From Octopus vulgaris (lineage: Eukaryota), in NCBI GenBank assembly GCA_951406725.2, contig OX597819.1, positions 77,500,001-77,564,000 of the forward strand: a stretch of DNA of 64,000 nucleotides. Reading direction: 5' to 3'. Under the pieces are notes generated by a model that did not search any database, was not told where the DNA came from, and saw only the letters and a program-made list of their open reading frames with translations. Both the position numbers and the translations under genes were made by a program. Each line of letters begins with the position of its first letter. Positions within the stretch are counted from its first letter, which is position 1. This document shows, one piece after another, positions 50,598-64,000 of this stretch.

Positions 50598-53500
50598 TAT
50601 ATGTATGTATGTATACTCACACTCACCACACATATATATACAGGTATATCCAATACCATACAACATAAATTCTCAACTTATTAAAACTACTTTTGCCTTT
50701 AAAAGATGGATCCCAGTTACAGATAGCAATGAAGACAAAGTCCATATGATGAAGCAAAGGGGTATGAGCTCAAGAATCAATAATTACCCAAAGTTGCCAT
50801 GCAATTACGACAAAGAACACGCTTGTTGTTTAAATATATGAAGATAATGATGGACATGTGTTTCTACCTCAATAGGAGTTATCAGCTAATAATTTTCGTA
50901 CTCTATCTCTAGCAACCAAGAGACATTGACATATACAAAAAGTGTGGAACAGACCCTGAAATATTTTGTTGGGTGGAGAGGTCACACATTAAGAAACCCA
51001 TCACCCTGCATAACTTGTCAGGCTCTGATGAAGAACCCACAAAGGATGTAGAAGAGTGGGTGCCCTAAAAATAGCTGTGAGCTTGATACTGAGAAGGAGC
51101 TGAGAGTGCAAGAATCCAACTGAAGAGAAGCAGAAAAGGCAGCCTAAAGTTGAGAGTAGCTGGTGAAAATTCACTGATGGCTTATGTTCCGCTGGAATTG
51201 AAGGGCTTAAGAAGCTATAACTAAACTAAGCTTAGATCACTTTATGTTCACTTAGAGGAACCAATTTAGTCTCTGCATGATACTTTCTGATCTTCTGGAA
51301 GTGTATTTTTCACAGGATGTATTTATCTTTTTCTATTTATATATCACCTCTAATATTTTCAGGCAGTGAGTTGGCAGGCTTGTTTGCCCACTGGGAAAAT
51401 GCTTAGCATCATTTCGACTGTCACTACATTCTGAGTTCAAATTACGTCAAGGCTGACTTTGCCCTTCTTCCCTTTCGGGGTCAATAAAATAAGTACCAGT
51501 AGAGCACTGGGTCCGATATAATTAACTTACTCCTGCCCCCAAAATTGTTGGCCTTGTGCCAAAATTTGAAACCAATTTCTGTCAACTACTGTAGACACAC
51601 TGTTTATAAGTTTGTTGTTTATAGTATTTGATACTTTATTAGTTTTTATATTAAGACAGGTGTTCTTTTTTCTTTTTTATCGGTGAGTCAATGATGGACT
51701 GTACTTGTAATATAGAAGTTCAGTGGTTGCAATAGAAAGGCTCATTGACTGTGATATAAAATGCACCATGACGGTAATATATGCAGGTCAGTGGTTATGA
51801 TATACAGGCATGGTGACTGTTATGACGCAGTGGCTGTGTTACATGGACACAGCGATTACAGTATAGAAGCATAGAGGTTAAAGTAAAAGTTGGTCTAAAG
51901 ATCTCCTTCAGTCATGAATGACCATGGGATTGCACCTAGAAAGTTACCCTCCGCGGCACAAATACAGCCAAAGTATTTTATGGAAGACCAGCAGTTGCTC
52001 ATGCATACCAACCTTCCTTCTGCATACCACTGATGTTACCCAAAGGAAATGCAAAGACTGATGCAGCTTGGCACCAGTGACATCGCAACTCATTTCTACA
52101 GCTGAGTGAAGTGGTGCAACGTGTAAATAAAGTGTCTTGCTCAGGAACACAACACACAGTCCAGTCCTGGAATCGAACTCACTACCACATGATTGTGAGC
52201 CTTATGCTCTAACCACTGAGCCATAATGGTACATATTTACAACTTGGAGAACTGAACACCTGTTAATATCAAAAAGCAGTGGTAATACAGTACCAACAGG
52301 CAGCTAGCTATTCGACAAGACCAGCAACGATTCCCATCAGCGATTTCTTTGATTAGGCTCTGCACAAGATTGTATTTTTATACGGGAAATATATTGTCAA
52401 ATTATTAAATATCAATAAATTAGTGGTTTTTATTTAAACGTCCGTAAAGGAAAGACAGGAAAATTCAAGCAGAATAAAAACTACGAGAGAGAGATAGACT
52501 ATAGAAATATCAAAACTATATTGGAAATCTACACTGGAAATTCCAAAACTATGTTGGGAGGTTAAAATTTAGAGCGATTGCCTTTTTTTTACCTTTTCTT
52601 TCTTTGAAGGGAGGTTACTCTGTATCACACTCACGATTTAGTTACGGGAGAGAACTCTGTATGTTTATATTCTGTATTTGATAATTTAAAGAGGCGCAGT
52701 ACATATAAGTATCCAACTTTTGGCAGGCCCTTCCTTGAACCTCCGCTTGCCTGACTCTTTTTCTCGAGCCGCTAAGTTACGTTGCATGAAGACACAACAT
52801 AAAAGGAGACGAACAGAGACAGACATACATACGAACTTCCATACAGTTTCTGTCAACTAAATTCCACTTGTAGGTAATGGCCCAATGTTTTTTATTGATG
52901 AATTCAGAAGTAGTGACCATGAAGATGAATAGGAGGCGCACAAATTGCTAGGGTTAATAATATGAAGATGGTTTAAAACTTGTCTAACAAAAAGGAATGA
53001 TATGGATGCAAAAATATGTTCAGTCTTCTCATTCATAAGGAGTGGGAATGGGTATAGTAATTTTCTCTAGGAATACAAGGATACAATATAAGACAATTGC
53101 CCGAGGTACTGTGCTGTGAAATTGAACTGGGTACCACATTGCTGAGAAGCAAAATTCTTAACCATACAACTATGTTTTTTCCATTTTGTTTATCACGGTA
53201 TCACGGTATTGATTACACTATCAAATGTTATACATCGCTGGTTACAATACGCTTTGCTGTTTTAACTGTTACTGTTTTAGGTGAACACGCCAACACACCC
53301 CCTGATCAGAAGACTGTTACGTAGCAGGGTTAACCTATTACAAATAAGTGGACTGGAGCAAGGTGCAATGAAGTATTTTGCTCAAGAACACAATGCGCCA
53401 CCCGGTCCTGGAATCGAAACCGTAATCTAGCAATCGTGAGTGCAACAGCCTAACCAGAAGGCCACGTGCCTTCATTAGTTTGTTCATAATAATTACATAT

Positions 53501-55608
53501 AATTCTATTCAATGTTGTTTCACTGTTAAAAAGTAAAAAGGAAGGAAAGGGGTTTATGGAACACAGGAGTCAATGTAGTAGTTGTATTTTCTATTTATAT
53601 TACCGTATATACTGGCGGATAGGTCCTCCTTTATTCACCAAAAATTTCGATTAAAAATCAGGGGTTCGACCTATCCACTCAACCTCACAGGCATCTGAAG
53701 TAGATGGCTGATGAACAAATGAAAAGAATGTTTAACAGTGATGATGATGAAGAATTTATGAGTTTCAATCCTGATTGAGTTTAATAGCTAAACCTAAATG
53801 AATAAACACTTCTCTTATGTAAAATTTTTTCCCTGTTCTTTTTGTAATTCTTGACGTTTTTCTAGTCAATTTGATACTTTTACTCTTCTGCTTGTTTCAG
53901 TCATTTGATTGTGGCCATGCTGGAGCACCACCTTTTAGTCTAAGAAATCAACCCTTGGACTTACTCTTTGTAAGCTACGGGGATGTAAACACACTAATAT
54001 CGGTTGTCAAGCGATTGTGGCGAGGACAAACAAACACAGAAAACACACACACATAAATACACACACACACACACACACACGTTTTATTTTTATGTTTGTT
54101 TCTGTTGTTTGCTTAGTATTTGGGTTTATTTTTTGATTTGATTGAATCTTGGTTGTTTTTTTTGTTGGTCAGTTATTTTTAGCGTTTTGACAGAAAAAAG
54201 TCATTCTAAAATTGTTTTTTTAAACATTTTCTAATGGAATTCCCCTGTTTCTTTCCCCATTAAAACAACCAGTTGCTTACACAGCTGGCATATACCATTT
54301 CGCTAGCAACAAAGGCAGTACAGGATGACAGTCAGCCAAAATTTTCGGTATGTTGTCTCTCTTCTTTCACCTCTTTGTAGGGTTAATAATCTTAATCTTT
54401 AGTTACAGTTTCTCATTCAAACTACATAATAGGCAGAATTGTCGGATTAAGACTGTAGGATGTTTTGACGGAGATTTGGCTGGTATTTCTACCAGGTCTA
54501 GATACCATGTGTAGTCTTATAAGAGGCGCAGGAGTGGCTGTGTGGTAAGTAGCTTGCTAACCAACCACATGGTTCCGGGTTCAGTCCCACTGCGTGGCAT
54601 CTTGGGCAAGTGTCTTGGGTCGATTTGCTCGACTAAAGGCGGTGCTCCAGCATGGCCGCAGTCAAATGACTGAAACAAGTAAAAAGAGTAAAAAGAGAGA
54701 GAAAAAGAGAGAGTATGGTATAAAACTACAAAACAAAATATATTTACAAGACATTAAAAAACTTTATAAGAGGTGTTGAAAGTGTCGTCCTTCATTTTCA
54801 ACTTTTTTACTGCCGTGTGAGCACTTCCTAGGCTGACTTCCGCAGGATGAAAGAAATTCACTGCGGAGATACTTTTTGAACACCCTGCATGTGGTGGTTA
54901 AATGGGAATCAGGTTAAATTAATGTAGTTCACTCATATATTTGAACTTTTCATGACATAGAAAAGATTAAGAATCAATTTATCACTGACAAAGCAAAAGG
55001 TCATACGGCTAGGGAGAATTTACAGATTCAGTTTCGAATATCAGGTAGAGCCAAGCGAGGTCTCACCCCCACCCCCCGCCATATATTTTAGAGATGTAAT
55101 GACCTGATTTGATCAGAGATCGTGCATTGAATCTAAAACAATTACAGCAGGTTAGATGTATTTAGCCTTTGTAATGGAACTGTGAGTAACCAGGTCACAA
55201 GCAAAAATGTTGACTCCAGCTGGATCTAGTTGGTTTGGACAATAAATGCTTATGTACAGTTAACAATTCTAGTATATTTTTGAACGATTATATAATGTCC
55301 TTAATATGTTAACACACACAAACTCTTTCTCTCTCTCTCTCTCACTTTCACACATACACACACACACATACACATACACACACGTGAGTGTATTTATAAA
55401 CTCACACGCATTCATGCGTGTGTGAGTTTATAAAGTCTAATTTTTCGTGAAAGAACAGGATGAAAAATATCAATGATTTTAGTTTTCTGACTCCGTGAGT
55501 GTAACTCTGTGAGTGTTTTGGGTGCTCTTTTCGTGCCACCGGCACAGGGGCCAGAGACGTCTGGCAGCGGGCATGATCGGTTGGTGCATTTTACGTGCCA
55601 CCGGCACT

Positions 55609-55850
<242 letters not shown>

Positions 55851-56086
55851 AGATAAGAAAATGGAGAAATACATCTAAATCAAATATCAATTACCGAATT
55901 GATTGCATCGCAATCATTAACATTTATGTATTAACTTTGTTGGGTACTTCACTAGCAGTATATTGGATATACATTATCCCATAGAGTGTTGCATTTACAA
56001 CCCCTATCTCAATTTGTATATATATATTGATTCGCTAGCACGCATATTTTTTTCTCTCCTTCTTTCTGTGTTTTTTTCTCTGTGTA

Positions 56087-56124
56087 TCTTTCTGTTGAAG
56101 AGCGTAGGCTCGAAACGTTAAAGA
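56087..56124 (+). ncRNA. Variant minimal type I hammerhead-like motif (Penelope-like terminal repeat)
   Basis: TCTTT-CTGTTGA-A-GAGC gtag GCTC-GAAACGTT-AAAGA: stems I and II pair, stem III palindromic, core differs from CUGANGA; duplicate at 63586-63623. Confidence 0.55.
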
Positions 56125-56252
56125 CTTGTTTCATTTATATTTCCTGAGCGCCATACTAATACAATTGTTTGTTTGTATTCCACCTGCCTTCGTCTTTTGT
56201 TTATTTCCGTAAACCTGCCTTCGTCTTTTGTCTATTTTCATAAAGCTTCCCG

Positions 56253-56802
<550 letters not shown>

Positions 56803-56915
56803 TACACCATCTAGAAAGTTACATATAATAGAAATATCAAAATTAAAATAACAATAATATACCGAAGATTAAGTGAATTGCAAGATGATAATAAAAACGT
56901 ATATATTTGGTAGAA

Positions 56916-57019
56916 TAACGACACGTGTTTCGTGGCTATATTTAAGAAATAGTTATAGTAAAAAAATTAATAGTAGTAGTAAAATCAGTTCGATATAAAT
57001 ATAGCCACTCATCAGGTTA
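56916..57019 (-). ncRNA. Type I hammerhead ribozyme
   Basis: UAAC-CUGAUGA-GUGGCUAUAUUUA[loop]UAAAUAUAGCCAC-GAAACACGUGUC^GUUA: full canonical core, 4-bp stem I, 13-bp stem II, palindromic stem III, GUC cleavage triplet. Confidence 0.85.
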
Positions 57020-57144
57020 AAAATATTTTTGTTATTATAATTTTAATATTTTTATTATATGTAATTTTCTAGATGGTGTAATTTAATTGTTCATTTTGAA
57101 TTGATAAAAGGTGTTTTTCCTTGTTTTGTTTTTGTTTCCGTATT

Positions 57145-57185
<41 letters not shown>

Positions 57186-57200
57186 TATATACATAGATAC

Positions 57201-57246
<46 letters not shown>

Positions 57247-57252
<6 letters not shown>

Positions 57253-57507
57253 CCGGTGGCACGTATAAACGCACAATCCGATCGTGGCCGTTTGCCAGCC
57301 TCATCTGGCACCTGTGCCGGTGGCACATAAAAAACACCCACTTCACTCACGGAGTGGTTGGTGTTAGGAAGGGCATCCAGCTGTAGAAACACTACCAGAT
57401 CAGACTGGACCTGGTGCAGCCTTCTGGCTTCCCGGACCCCAGTTGAACCGTCCAACCCATGCTAGCATGGAAAGCGGACGTTAAACGATGATGATGATGA
57501 TGATGAT
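57247..57507 (+). mobile_element. RTE 3' tail inserted in (TA)n
   Basis: Close match to ~18000-18219; ends in (GAT)n. Confidence 0.85.
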
Positions 57508-57533
57508 ATATACATACATATATACATACATAT

Positions 57534-57599
<66 letters not shown>

Positions 57600-57804
57600 G
57601 TATGTATGTATATATGTATGTATATATCATCATCATCATCATCATCGTTTAACGTCCGCTTTCCATGCTAGCATGGGTTGGACGGTTATACATATTGTAT
57701 AACGTTGACTCCAATTGGATCGAGTTGGTTTGGCCAATAAATGCTCATGTGCAGTGAACAATTCTAGTATATTTTTGAATAATGTCCTTTATATGTAAAC
57801 ACAC

Positions 57805-61166
<3,362 letters not shown>

Positions 61167-61515
61167 CGCACACACACACACATGTGAGTGTATTTGTAAA
61201 CACGTACGCATTTATAAAGTCTGACAAGTTCAGATATTATTTCGTTCCGATTAAATTAAACATTGGTTGACAATATTGTTTTAATTTTTCCTGAAAGAAC
61301 AGGATAAAAAAATATCAACAACTTTAATTTTCTGTATATATAAATTATATAAATATCAATTTTATTGTATAACATCTGCCGCACTCAAACATACATTTAT
61401 ATAAATTTTCGTATCGACTGAATAATTTTTTTTCGGCGTTCCGAGTTTTATAATAAACGTGACAAAGTTCACTTTCTTTGAAGTGTAATAGCGCCAGTGT
61501 GAGTAAGAAATCAAA

Positions 61516-61686
61516 ATGTTTTTGAACTTAGTTCAAAAAGCCTTGTTAGTAAGTGAAAGAAAGGGTCTTTCCTTTTCTGTTTCTCGGCTGTTTAAAAGTA
61601 GGGCATTTATCCGGAGACAATCTTCTCTGGCCGCCGTGGAACTTTATACGGACGATCATAAACAAATCCGAGATTCTTTAAACAAG
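61516..61686 (+). CDS. First exon of a mitochondrial protein, probably an acyl-CoA dehydrogenase
   Basis: ATG in AAAATG context, Arg/Ser/Leu-rich presequence, LYTDDHKQIRDSLNK resembling the ACAD N-terminal helix, strong donor AAG|gtaagt, CpG-richer upstream region; no further exons seen. Confidence 0.6.
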
Positions 61687-62606
61687 GTAAGTTGTTTATT
61701 TTTGATGGTGTGCTTGTTGTTATCACCTGTTTACTCTATTACGTACTTACTAAATCTTATCGAATGCACATTACAGAATCGACTGAGAATCGGTTGTTTC
61801 GAGCACCTTTTGCCTCTGCCCCAGATCTATAGGTGTGCTCGTACTGGGGACAGCTGACGGTGTGTAGTGGTAAAATGTGAATCTGGTGAACTGATGCGAT
61901 AGGAATGTGGATGCCTTTGAAGTAAACAAATGAATGACATCTAGTTACAATAATTTATTCACTGGACTTAATTTGTCGTTGGTACACATAATTCTTCACT
62001 GCATGCATATGTTTACAACTGCTACTAGTTGCTAGAAATAGAAACAGGGTACATCTGTGGAAGTGATATGTCAGAAATGGATATATTTGTGTGTGTGTGT
62101 TTACACACACACACGGTCTCTGCGGTCTACTAAAACCTTGTCTGTGTCGTAGACCTTTCTCTTGTCTGTCCCTCAGCTGACCACCGTATTTATACCAAAA
62201 TGTTCGGATTTGGGGTCTTCCGCATTTTAAATTCTCGGGTAAAGGACTGTGTACCGGTAATCTAATTGATAAATCAACTCAACAGAAGAAAAAAAAATTG
62301 TAGGCGCAGGCGTGGCTAGACGCAGGCGTGGCTAGGTGCAAGTGTGACTGTGTGGTAAGAAGCTTGCTTCCCAGCCACATGGTTCTAGGATCAGTCCCAC
62401 TGCAAGGTACTTTGGGCAAGTGTCCCCTACTATAGCTTCAGGCTGTCCAAAGCCTTGTGAGAGGATTTGGTAGACGGAAACTGAAAGAACCCCATTGTGT
62501 GTGTATGTGTGTATAACTTTCATGAAAATGGATTTTTTAAAATGAAATTCTCTACAAATATACCTCGGACTATGTAGATTCCGAGAACATAGGAAGTTTG
62601 GGGGAA

Positions 62607-62706
62607 NNNNNNNNNNNNNNNNNNNNNNNNNNNNNNNNNNNNNNNNNNNNNNNNNNNNNNNNNNNNNNNNNNNNNNNNNNNNNNNNNNNNNNNNNNNNNN
62701 NNNNNN
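62607..62706. other. Assembly gap (100 N)
   Basis: Run of n characters. Confidence 1.

Positions 62707-64000
<1,294 letters not shown>

Overview
AT-rich eukaryotic genomic DNA, dense in (TA)n/(CA)n/(CT)n microsatellites and SINE/LINE/MITE relics. The repeat families look like those of an octopod cephalopod (inference, not proven). Three protein-coding genes are supported. (1) An 11-coding-exon hnRNP U/HNRNPUL1-family gene on the minus strand (34403..14434, about 1270 aa, all splice phases consistent) with SPRY and P-loop domains, no visible SAP domain, and an Arg-Ser/Arg-Asp-rich terminal exon instead of an RGG tail. (2) A 3-exon NDUFA8 on the plus strand (45994..50000, 169 aa), divergent from gene 1. 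(3) The first exon of a probable mitochondrial acyl-CoA dehydrogenase (61516..61686), followed by a 100-N gap. The most notable non-genic features are: a Tx1/L1-clade LINE whose two copies both sit in (TC)n tracts, with a paralogous empty site in the same window; a canonical-core type I hammerhead ribozyme inside a 60-bp inverted repeat embedded in (TA)n, plus variant hammerheads; a long tail-to-tail RTE inverted repeat in an intron; a tandemly duplicated CRE-clade retrotransposon relic; and a near-identical duplicate after the gap that is probably an alternative haplotype. All coordinates were read by eye, so repeat boundaries are approximate.
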